From the NCBI GenBank assembly GCA_047611405.1, contig JBLFWN010000006.1:35610-99609 (forward strand): a stretch of DNA of 64,000 nucleotides, read 5' to 3'. Positions 38,008 through 46,896 of this stretch are shown in pieces. How positions within the stretch are numbered: the stretch's first letter is position 1; the number at the start of each line of letters is the position of its first letter. The notes beneath the pieces were generated by a model, which saw only the letters and a program-made list of their open reading frames with translations, was not told the DNA's origin and searched no databases. Both the position numbers and the translations under genes were made by a program. This DNA comes from Planctomycetota bacterium. GTDB lineage: Bacteria > Planctomycetota > UBA1135 > GCA-002686595.

Positions 38008-38973
38008 TTGCGCCTGACAGCCTTCGGTTACAAGAGCATCGCGTTCTATGGAGTGGTCGTCCTGGCCTTCTTCGCGTCGCCTTATTCAAACCTGTTCTTC
38101 CTACTGCTCGGCTTCCTTACGCTGACTGGCTTGGCCAGCATCGTCTGGACGCGTGCCAACATCCGTGGGCTGCAACTATCGGTACCCGCACCGGATCCGA
38201 TCGAAGCTGGAGTCGCTCAGACGCTCTCGACGCGAGTGCATAGCGAACATGCTCGCACGGCCTATCACATTCAAATCAAACTCGACTTCGAGGCAGGCCC
38301 CAGCGCAATCGGAAGCTCAGGCCTTCTCGATACGACGTCCGCGCCTGGCCATGAGATTGGCATCGCAGTGAAACCGGCCGCGCGCGGTGTGTACAAGCTA
38401 CGATCAGCAACGCTCGTCTCGGACTTTCCGCTGGGTTTGCTGCGCGTGCGACGACGATTTGACCTAAGCCATGAGCTCATCGTTTATCCAAAGCCCGCGC
38501 AACTCGTCTCGGCTCGTACCGGTGCCGACGCGCTCGGTGAGTTGATCGGACAACCAGCTTCAGGATCAGAAGACCTACAGCCCAGTGGTATGCGCGATCA
38601 TCGCGAGGGCGACGAGCTGCGTTCCGTGCACTGGCGAGCGACGGCGCGGCGAGGCAAGCCTGTCGTACGCGAGTGGGAGAGCGGCGGCGGTCGTGCGCTC
38701 GAGATCGTGCTCGATCGCCGCTGCGATGCGGAGTCTCTGGAAGAGGCACTGGGAGTGATCAGTGCGCTCGTCGTCTTTGCGCGCACGCACAAGGAAATCC
38801 TCGCAATCCACAGCCAGGGCTTATCGACCAGCTTTGGCGAAGGACACAAGACTTGGAAGGAGGCGCTCAAGTTCTTGGCGGCAGCTAACTGCTTGCCTGC
38901 CAATGCGGCGGCTCCTCCGCCCGTGTCGCTCTCGATCCTGCGCCTACCTAGCATGGAGCGTCATGCGGGCTGA
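38008..38973 (+). CDS. DUF58 domain protein (MoxR partner)
   Basis: TTG start 2 nt after the MoxR stop. Two N-terminal TM helices. DUF58 core: MRDHREGDELRSVHWRATARRGKPVVREWE. Confidence 0.85.
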   Translation: MRLTAFGYKSIAFYGVVVLAFFASPYSNLFFLLLGFLTLTGLASIVWTRANIRGLQLSVPAPDPIEAGVAQTLSTRVHSEHARTAYHIQIKLDFEAGPSAIGSSGLLDTTSAPGHEIGIAVKPAARGVYKLRSATLVSDFPLGLLRVRRRFDLSHELIVYPKPAQLVSARTGADALGELIGQPASGSEDLQPSGMRDHREGDELRSVHWRATARRGKPVVREWESGGGRALEIVLDRRCDAESLEEALGVISALVVFARTHKEILAIHSQGLSTSFGEGHKTWKEALKFLAAANCLPANAAAPPPVSLSILRLPSMERHAG

Positions 38974-40942
38974 ACAAGTCCTCCGGCTCTGCCTGCAAGG
39001 GCTCGTACTGGCGAATTTGCTGTTCGTTCAGCTGACAGAAGCGGCGCCAGTCGAGTGGCTGCTGCCGCTCTATATATTGACACTGCTTGCCCCCTTCCTA
39101 GCTCGACTGAGAGAACGCAGGACCTATCGCGTCGTTTGGAATCTGGCTGTGGTTGGACTCTTCGCGCTGCTGCTCCGTCACGCCGCGGGCCATGATCTGC
39201 GCTATGTGTTGCAGGATGGATTGTTACTCGCCGCCTTATGTCAGGTCCACTTCCTGAACAACCTCGGGCGCGATCAACGGCCCGACTTGTTGTTCCTGAA
39301 CTCTTTCCTGATCGCACTGGCAACAGCCTATCTGTGCCAGGACCTCGCCTATCCAATCGCCTTCCTCGCGTACATTCCCATGTTCATCATCGGCCTGATG
39401 ATGATGAGTATCACGCGTGAAGAGCTCGAGCTCGACCCACGTGCGACCAGGCGAGTAGTCATCGACGGATTGCGACGCTCCGGTGTCTTGCTAGCGCTGA
39501 CCCTCTTGGTGTTCTTCTTCTGCCCGCGCGACTTCCATCGCCAAAGCCTGCTGGCGACGGAGTTCGATTTCAGCCCTTCGGGATCTGCCGCGGAGGTTTC
39601 ATTCTCGGACCATCTGGAACTGAAGAAACGCAAGCAGGTGAAGGTTTCGGATCGCGTAGTGATCCAGGCTCAACTGCTGCGCGGTGCCGCTTCGCAAGTG
39701 CCCGCTTTGTGGCGCGGTGCGACCCTCGACGCTACCGATGGACGCAGATGGTGGCGCCAGACGGACGCTGAGCTCGATCGCCAGTCAGCGTCCACGGGAG
39801 CCTTCCTGCAACGCGGTCAGTCCATCGAGCACAGATCCGCGTCAGCGCCGTTCAGTACCAAACTGGAAGTCGAAATATCCGACCTGCGCGCCGACCGACT
39901 TTTCATGCCGCTCTGCAGCGAACGGGTCACTCCGGGAAGAGGTATAGCTGCAGACGACATCCAGGCAGGTTTCGATGATGTGTTGCAGTACGAAAATGGG
40001 CGAACCCTGCGCACACCGGTTCGATTCGACCTCGAGTTCAGCGCGACCCACCTCGAGTTGGGTGGTGCGATTCCGGCGCAACATCCGAACGCGCTTGCCA
40101 AGTACGTGGCTCTGCCAAGATCGAGGCGCTTGGAGAGCGCACTCAACCTCGCGACGCGTCTCGCGGCCGAGTTGCCGGAAGATATCGCTCAACACGAAGT
40201 CGTGGCTAGCTTTCGGAGGCACCTAGAACGCGAATTCGACTACCTGGCACCAGGCGCTGAAGGGGCCGCCGAGTCACTCGAAGAATTTTTGGGAGGAGCT
40301 TCGGGCGGACACTGTGAACTCTTTGCTTCTGCACTGGCAACGATGCTACGAAGTCGTGGGATCGCCTGTCGCGTTGTGACTGGTTATCGCAGTGCCGAGT
40401 GGAATGCGGATCTCACGCAGCTGACCTTTCGCAGCCGCGGAGCTCATGCGTGGGTCGAGGTCCTCGACCCGCAGGCAAGTTGGTACAGCGTCGACCCGAA
40501 CCCTGCGCCACGTGCATCGAATGAACCGGGGCTGTGGGCGAAGACGCGCGTACTGGCATCGGATCTTTGGGTGCGGCTGACTAGCTTCGACTCAGAGAGC
40601 CGCAGTGCCGTAATCCTGTGGATACGCGATTCTCCAAGGCGCATGTGGCTTTGGGCGCGCAATCATCCGCTGGATGCGAGCCTGATTTCCCTGGCACTCG
40701 TGCTGCTCCTGGCCGTCAAGCGCATCCGGTCGCGCAGGGCAATGCAAGCGGACCTCTTTGCCTATCAAGTCGCACTGAAGCGCGCGGGAGTCCACACTCT
40801 AACGGGCGAGACTCCACGCGAGTTGTTGGAACGAACGCGATCACTCACGCTCAAGTTGGGACGCTGGGAACTGTTGCGCGAAGCAACTCGCACGCACGAA
40901 CTCGCTCGCTACCAAGCCAACAGACAAAGGCCGGCAACTTAG
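38963..40942 (+). CDS. transglutaminase-like membrane protein (TgpA/DUF3488-type)
   Basis: ATG 38963 (MRAEQVLRL) overlaps the DUF58 end by 11 nt. N-terminal multi-TM region. Transglutaminase core GHCELFASALATMLRSRGIACRVVTGYRS...GAHAWVEVL. One C-terminal TM. Confidence 0.85.
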   Translation: MRAEQVLRLCLQGLVLANLLFVQLTEAAPVEWLLPLYILTLLAPFLARLRERRTYRVVWNLAVVGLFALLLRHAAGHDLRYVLQDGLLLAALCQVHFLNNLGRDQRPDLLFLNSFLIALATAYLCQDLAYPIAFLAYIPMFIIGLMMMSITREELELDPRATRRVVIDGLRRSGVLLALTLLVFFFCPRDFHRQSLLATEFDFSPSGSAAEVSFSDHLELKKRKQVKVSDRVVIQAQLLRGAASQVPALWRGATLDATDGRRWWRQTDAELDRQSASTGAFLQRGQSIEHRSASAPFSTKLEVEISDLRADRLFMPLCSERVTPGRGIAADDIQAGFDDVLQYENGRTLRTPVRFDLEFSATHLELGGAIPAQHPNALAKYVALPRSRRLESALNLATRLAAELPEDIAQHEVVASFRRHLEREFDYLAPGAEGAAESLEEFLGGASGGHCELFASALATMLRSRGIACRVVTGYRSAEWNADLTQLTFRSRGAHAWVEVLDPQASWYSVDPNPAPRASNEPGLWAKTRVLASDLWVRLTSFDSESRSAVILWIRDSPRRMWLWARNHPLDASLISLALVLLLAVKRIRSRRAMQADLFAYQVALKRAGVHTLTGETPRELLERTRSLTLKLGRWELLREATRTHELARYQANRQRPAT

Positions 40943-42759
40943 GGAGTGAACGTCAAGTAGATCGCGCTCTAGATGTTGCTGCCTCCCCCACCTGGACCTA
41001 TCGGATCTCGAGACCAAGCTTGGAAGCTGAAAGCAGAACCGGCCAAGATCTGACCTGCCGGTTGGAAGTTGGCTGCCGCGTACGCTGCGATGTCTGACCC
41101 CTCGCTCAATTCACCGTGCGAGTTAGCCACGTGGACTGGGAAGGTACCGAGTCGTTGGATGCAGTCGGGTCCATCCCCAAACGGGGTCGCTAGAGTCGGG
41201 TTGCCCAGGTTGAGCGCAGGAGGGAAAAGCAGCAAGATGCCCGTGACCCGAACACAAGATCGTCTGAAGCAACACTGGCAGAGCCCCAAACCGAGATCCC
41301 GGCGCCGATTCCCAGCGCGTTGCTGCATCCCGCCGATGCGACATCGTTGCCGCAAGGTGCCGCCGTTCCGCAAAAGCATCTGGGTCGCACATCCATCGGG
41401 AGCGGAAGATTGAGCCCGGGGCCCATGGCGGACGATGGAGAACGCCCGCCATCAAGCCATTAGCGTGCAACTCATGGTCGGCTGACTGATAAGCACTGGT
41501 AGCAATCAATTCGAGCGGCATCCAGTCGCCGGACTTGCGCCGGATCTCGACATCCCACTGGTGCGAGATCGCGATGACATCAGCACGAACAGCCACGACA
41601 CGCTCATAGCCATTCTCGCTGACGGGCCATGGAATACCTCACGCTCGTCCTACGCGCTTGGTGAGCGCTCGAACATATACGCAGTGTTACCGGCATGCGC
41701 CGAAACGGGGGTGTCGAAGATGTCGAGGGCGAGTCAGATCGTGACCCTATCGGCCGGCATCAGGCCCGCCACGCGCAAGTCGAGGTCTGTCGTGCCCGTG
41801 GGTGGATCGAGGTGATACAGGTGCGGCGACCACTCGTCGGCGCCCATGTCAGGGGAGTCGCCTTGCGGGCGAACATTCCCCTCGCCATCCAACGCCATGA
41901 ATACGCCCACGCAACGTGCTGCATCGATGCACGGAGAGATGGCACGCAAGTGAGAGTCTCCATCAACCGCAGAAACGGGAGGAATCCTGTGTGTTCCCTA
42001 CATCTAAGTCGATCTGATTGATGCCTTCAAAGTTCGAGTAACGCGCAAAAAGCAACGCCCACAGCCAGCCCATCGCGCTGGGAATCCCAGCGACGTTGCT
42101 GTGCCACACGATGCCGTTCTTGACCAACATGTGAATCTAGTCCGAGAACACCCCGCCACCATCGCCAGAAGCCACCGTGTTGCCAGCAACGGTGCCAATG
42201 GTTCACCTGGCACGGGGAAGGGGCGGAGGGTACGCACAGCGCTCCGCCTCGACCGTTCGAGACCTTGTTGTCGATGACCCTACTGTTTCGCAGCACTAAA
42301 TCGGCTGTCGAATAGATGCCACCACCCGCGACGTACGCCACATTGTCGCACACGACGCATGAATCGATCGTGAAGATATGAGCCCCCCACTCAAGATGAA
42401 TGGATTGCTAGTCAAGTGAACACCCCCACCTCCGCTGGCCTTACATTGCAAGGTAAGGCCAACCAGACTGACCTCGATCGAAAAGCCGTCGTCGTTCATC
42501 GAGCGAACGACCGACCCCATCCCACGACCATCGATGATGGTCGCCTGCGCTCCCACACGGCTACGGATCTCAAAGTGCCCCTCGGGCAGGATCAGACTTT
42601 CGAAGTAAATTCCGGGAGCAATCGAAATGGCATCTCCCGCGTGCGCGGCCGTATCAATCGCCGATTAGATCGTTGCGGACTGCTCGGAGACAAGCAAGGT
42701 CACAGGCAATGGAGCGATGCACAGACACAGGGATGCGGACGTGACTGATAGGGATTCAT
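40939..42759 (-). pseudogene. right-handed parallel beta-helix secreted protein carrying the shared C-terminal module; heavily decayed
   Basis: The ATG at 42759 (MNPYQSRPH...) is followed by several frame changes. There is an in-frame TAA at 42665-42667 (SATI*SAIDTAAHAGDAISIAPGIYFE). Beta-helix motifs: GAQATIIDGRGMGSVV, VAYVAGGGIYSTADLVLRNSRVIDNKVSNGRGGAL, DGEGNVRPQGDSPDMGADEW. C-terminal module: CGNDVASAGCSNALG...TPFGDGPDC...FSFQAWSRDPIGPGGGGSNI. A premature in-frame TAG at 40969-40971 lies 9 codons before the ancestral TAA at 40939-40941. Confidence 0.55.
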
Positions 42760-42866
42760 GGCAGGTGCGAAGAAGATGACCTGGATGCCAGGCCCGAGGC
42801 CAATCATGCTAGCACCCGAATTCGTCCTCGGTGGCACTTGCCTGCTTCCTCCTACCTTGCACTCAC

Positions 42867-43277
42867 TCACTGGTCGAGCATGTCTTTGAAGTACTCGGCC
42901 CTGGCCGCGCCGGTCTCCGTATTCTGCGCGACCCACTCTGCATTCCTAAATGCGTGCGGAGAGCGCTCTTCCCGGAAGCGTTCGACATAGGGTTGCACTT
43001 TGGCGTACAGCAGCAGGCCTTCTCCGCATGCCTCGACCAGCAATTCCGCATGGACAGCACCGCGTCGCGCAAATCCATAGGCCATCTCGAAGTAGCTAGA
43101 GACTTGCCGGAAGGCAGCATTCTCGGCCGATCCGAACTGAGCGAGCTCCGCCAAGTCTTCGTAGCAGGTCGGCTTCCAGTTCATGATCGTTTCGCGCGAT
43201 GCACGCATCACCGTTTCGCGCCGGAGTTCGTACAAACGCAGGACTACTTGAGCATCATCGTGAGTTGCAGTATTCAT
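42867..43277 (-). CDS. hypothetical cytoplasmic helical protein
   Basis: An internal ATG at 43277 (MNTATHDDAQVVLRLYELRRETVMRASRE...) is preceded by AGGAG at a 4-nt spacing. 136 aa. No family name assigned with confidence. Confidence 0.6.
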   Translation of the reverse strand: MNTATHDDAQVVLRLYELRRETVMRASRETIMNWKPTCYEDLAELAQFGSAENAAFRQVSSYFEMAYGFARRGAVHAELLVEACGEGLLLYAKVQPYVERFREERSPHAFRNAEWVAQNTETGAARAEYFKDMLDQ

Positions 43278-43505
43278 GGCTCCTATGATGCACACCACCT
43301 CGATGACGGTCTCATGTGCATTGCAGACAATCAGAGATACAAGCCCAGACTCATCAGGAACAGAGCAGATGGGAGCGGACGCAGACAGTCCGCTCCCCCC
43401 CAAGCGCAACGATTAGCCATGCACCAAACAGGCACCGGCATGCTGCCCGCAACAGGGACAACATGCCGGTGGTTCACTCCCGACTCAGCACTGGAGAGGT
43501 CTCAG

Positions 43506-44639
43506 CTACAGGCCAAAGGTCACGGCAAGGCCGTTCGATAAGTTGAAAGCACTGCTGCACGGGCCTACAGGATCGCGGTAGAAGGCTTGGAAGTACCAGG
43601 TCTCGCCTGCACTCACTGCCATGCCCGATAGGCTGAGAATGTCGCCGATCGTGCCGGGACCCTGTGTCATCTCGCCCGAAGCACTGGAGAGTTGAACTCC
43701 GAATCGAACGGTTGAGCCGATCGGTCCCGGAGTCACGGCGCGGAAACCGTCGCCGAACGGGATGCACGCGGAATCGCCACCACCATAGATGACTCCGAAT
43801 TGATTGGCGGTGACATTCGATGCAGTCAAGACAAGGTCGTCGGACAGGACACTCGGCGTACCCGTGGCCGACAAGAGCGCGCCCGTACCGCTTGCATTAG
43901 CGCAGCCGGCATTCGCATCGTCGTTTCCACACGGGCAAGCGACGCCAAAGCAGTACGCCTCGATCGGATCGCCTGTGCAGAAACTCATGTCATCGAATGC
44001 GAACTGGTCCGCAACCGCGCCGGTGAGCGTGAGGCTGCGAATGGAGTCCGTGGGCGCAGTCAAGCTGATGCTGTCCCACAGACAGAAGGTGCCACCAGGA
44101 TCGCCGACGCAGGGAGCGCCATCGGAACTGGTTCCAACTGTGCTGCCGCTAGCCGTGTCGACGATGTTGCCCGTACCGGAGGGACCATCCCAGGCAGTCA
44201 ACGTGATTGGGATTGAAATAGCCGCCGCCACATAGGACATCTGCACGAACTGGACGGGCTGGCTGAAGTCGATCGGATCTGCGCCACTTTGGAAGTAGGC
44301 GACAGTGTCATCGGATGGCTCGTTGGCAAAGTTTCCACTACCACCAACATCTGAATCGAGCAGCGAGAGCCACGAGGGACCAAAGGTCACGTCTATATCG
44401 CCCGACACAAGGCCGATGACGGTCTGATCTCCCATGCCTTCGAAGTCGATCAGAGAACAATTCACACCAAGTCCATTGAATCCGCCCAGACTTTGCGAGA
44501 GCACTCCGTGCGGAATGGTATTGATCGCCGCGTTCGGATTAGTGTTCAGCCCCTTCGCTTGCTGAGTTGCTGAGGCGGGCAACGAGATTGCGAGGCCTAG
44601 ACCGGAACAGAGGATGGAGCGCAAAAAAAGTGTCTTCAT
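43506..44639 (-). CDS. secreted protein: signal peptide, beta-sandwich-like N-domain, shared Cys-containing C-terminal module
   Basis: 377 aa with signal MKTLFLRSILCSGLGLAISLPASA. C-terminal module YCFGVACPCGNDDANAGCANASGTG...IPFGDGFRAV...GETWYFQAFYRDPVGPCSSAFNLSNGLAVTFGL, shared with 57120-58433 and the pseudogene 40939-42759. Confidence 0.8.
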   Translation of the reverse strand: MKTLFLRSILCSGLGLAISLPASATQQAKGLNTNPNAAINTIPHGVLSQSLGGFNGLGVNCSLIDFEGMGDQTVIGLVSGDIDVTFGPSWLSLLDSDVGGSGNFANEPSDDTVAYFQSGADPIDFSQPVQFVQMSYVAAAISIPITLTAWDGPSGTGNIVDTASGSTVGTSSDGAPCVGDPGGTFCLWDSISLTAPTDSIRSLTLTGAVADQFAFDDMSFCTGDPIEAYCFGVACPCGNDDANAGCANASGTGALLSATGTPSVLSDDLVLTASNVTANQFGVIYGGGDSACIPFGDGFRAVTPGPIGSTVRFGVQLSSASGEMTQGPGTIGDILSLSGMAVSAGETWYFQAFYRDPVGPCSSAFNLSNGLAVTFGL

Positions 44640-44976
44640 CTATGCTTTCTACTTATCGTAATTCATCACATCGCTGGAATTGCGAGCAACGAGGGTTTGG
44701 ACACACCTTCGACCACTCGGGAATAGCTCCCTTTGCGATCGATGGCAGAGCCGACATCTCTAGTCGGAAGTGACTGAACTCTCTCTGTTGGCCCTCATGT
44801 CTCAAACACGGAGACGGATCGAGCATCGGACAGGGATCTGCCGTTAATTCGACAGTCCGAGGAATTCGAGCAGGTGGTGTCCAGGTTGCCCGGGCAGAGA
44901 TCCCCCTCTCCCAACCCGCGTGGACCTCGCTGTAGTTCCGAGCACCAACTGGTGAGGATAGCCTGGCCCGGCTATT

Positions 44977-46488
44977 GTGCCGTCCATGCACACGCACCTC
45001 TCGCTCTCACTGATCGTGCTCTTCAGTGCCTTGCTCTCATCTTGTGGAGCTGAGGACACCAGTAATCCGAGTCGTCCGTCGATTCTGTTGATCTCGATCG
45101 ACACCTTGCGAGCCGACCACCTCGGTTGCTACGGCTACTCCCCGTACGATGAGCCGGTCAGCCCCACAATCGATAGGGTCGCACGCGAAGGGAGCCTGCT
45201 GACGCAGTGCTTTGCTCCTCGAGGCCAGACCGTGCCATCCCTTTGCTCGATGATGACCGGGCGCTATCCATCGAGTCACGGGGTGCGCGAGAACGGTCAG
45301 GACTTCGCGGGGCGCCAGAAGACTTTGGCGCGCAGGCTGAACGCGCTGGGTTATGAAACGGCGGCATTCATCTCTCGCCTTCCGGCAGCGGCCAAGGGCC
45401 ATCCGGCACGTGGATCAAAGACAATCGTTTGGGGCGATCAGGTCTTCGCTGAAGCGGGAAACTCGAGTCAGCAAGACTCGGACGAAATGGTCACTCGGGA
45501 AACGATTGCATTCCTGAATGACCACGGAGAGGCCGCAGCCGACGAAGAAACGCGCGCTCCCTTCTTCGTGTGGTCCCACTATTACGGAGTCCACAAGCCC
45601 TTCACGCCACCGGCTCCGTATGACCGCATGTTCGCAGACGGCTATGAAGGCGAACTTGTCGGCCAGCTAGGGCCCGCAATGAACCAAGCTGCCCTCCAAA
45701 GGCAACGGTTGCCAGAAGACCAGCATCGCTACGCCCTATCGCAGTACGACGGTGAGATCCGCTTCATCGATGATCAAGTGTCCGAGATCCTGTCGAGCCT
45801 CGCGTCCAAGGGTCTCAAAGAAAACACGCTCGTGATCATCACCTCGGATCATGGCGAGGAATTGGGAGACCATCAGGGCTACTACTTTCATGGCAACTCC
45901 GTGTACCACGGTGTGCTTCACATCCCGTTGATCATCCGCTGGCCTGGCAACGTCCCTGCGGGTGTTCAGCTCAATGCCCTGGCTCAGAACCTAGACCTTG
46001 TCCCGACGTTGCTCGAGTGGTTGGGCGAGGAGATTCCAGCCGAGATCGAAGGTGTATCTCTTGTGGAAACAATCCGCTCCTCCGGTTCGCTTCCCGGACC
46101 TCGCCAGTACGTGTACAGCGAATGGCAAGACTTGATCTGGGGTATACGAGACGGGCAGCACTCATACATTTTCAACAAGGATGGGGTGCATCCGCGCAAG
46201 CCTCCCTTCTTCGGCAGGGATCAAGGTGGATTCAGGATTGCCTGCGATGAGCTCTATGACATAGAGAGCGACCCTGGTGAACTCGTCAATCATTACGGTA
46301 CGGCGCTCGAGGCAGAGGAACGACTATTGCGAGAGGTGCTGCAGTTTCGTTCGCGTGAAGGAACGGTGTCGGGCTGGCAGCCCCTCGACTCCGAGGAGTT
46401 GCTCGAGAACCTTCGCTCACTCGGGTATGCCGGAACGCAGGAGGGCCGCATGGATGTGCTCTTCGATGCCGAGGCCTGCGCCCGCTGA
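44977..46488 (+). CDS. sulfatase-like hydrolase/transferase (alkaline-phosphatase superfamily, Thr at nucleophile position), probable lipoprotein
   Basis: 503 aa; the likely start is ATG 44986, giving MHTHLSLSLIVLFSALLSSC. Motifs ILLISIDTLRADHLGCYGY and GQTVPSLCSMMTGRYPSSHG (T-x-P-S instead of C-x-P-x-R). C-terminal sulfatase fold: ITSDHGEELGDHQGY. Confidence 0.85.
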   Translation: MPSMHTHLSLSLIVLFSALLSSCGAEDTSNPSRPSILLISIDTLRADHLGCYGYSPYDEPVSPTIDRVAREGSLLTQCFAPRGQTVPSLCSMMTGRYPSSHGVRENGQDFAGRQKTLARRLNALGYETAAFISRLPAAAKGHPARGSKTIVWGDQVFAEAGNSSQQDSDEMVTRETIAFLNDHGEAAADEETRAPFFVWSHYYGVHKPFTPPAPYDRMFADGYEGELVGQLGPAMNQAALQRQRLPEDQHRYALSQYDGEIRFIDDQVSEILSSLASKGLKENTLVIITSDHGEELGDHQGYYFHGNSVYHGVLHIPLIIRWPGNVPAGVQLNALAQNLDLVPTLLEWLGEEIPAEIEGVSLVETIRSSGSLPGPRQYVYSEWQDLIWGIRDGQHSYIFNKDGVHPRKPPFFGRDQGGFRIACDELYDIESDPGELVNHYGTALEAEERLLREVLQFRSREGTVSGWQPLDSEELLENLRSLGYAGTQEGRMDVLFDAEACAR

Positions 46489-46896
46489 CGCGCGTTGCGG
46501 ATCTCCGTTCGAGGCGAGAGCCACTTACCCCACGTCTCCGACATCGAGCCAAGCTGTGTCACGGTGATGTGAACGCTCCCTAGGGTGTGTTTGGCACAGG
46601 TGAATCATCGAGTACTCACCAAAGCAGAAGTGTGTGCTGCCCGCGGTCGAAGCCTAATTGATTGTGCTCGGCCTCGATCCGTAATTGGGAATGCCAGGAA
46701 GGGACGGGCATTGGAAGCTCTCGGAGCCCGAGGCCCTAAAGGAGTGCATGCATTCGACCGAGAACCATCCTGAGAACGTGTCCTCGGACCCGCTCCTCCC
46801 CCCATGATTCTCCCCTCGATACCCCTGGGCCCCCAGTCCTCGGCACAGGGCCTCGCTCCAACACCTCCGGAGCACCGTTGACGGGACCTACCTTCC

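Noticed and set aside
46489-46896. A possible cobalamin or other riboswitch in the 408-nt leader of the TonB-dependent receptor.
   Set aside because: It has some stem potential (AATGCC...GGCATT around 46690-46715), but I could not find a B12-box (GCCACTG-like) or other conserved riboswitch core. An Rfam scan is needed before any claim.
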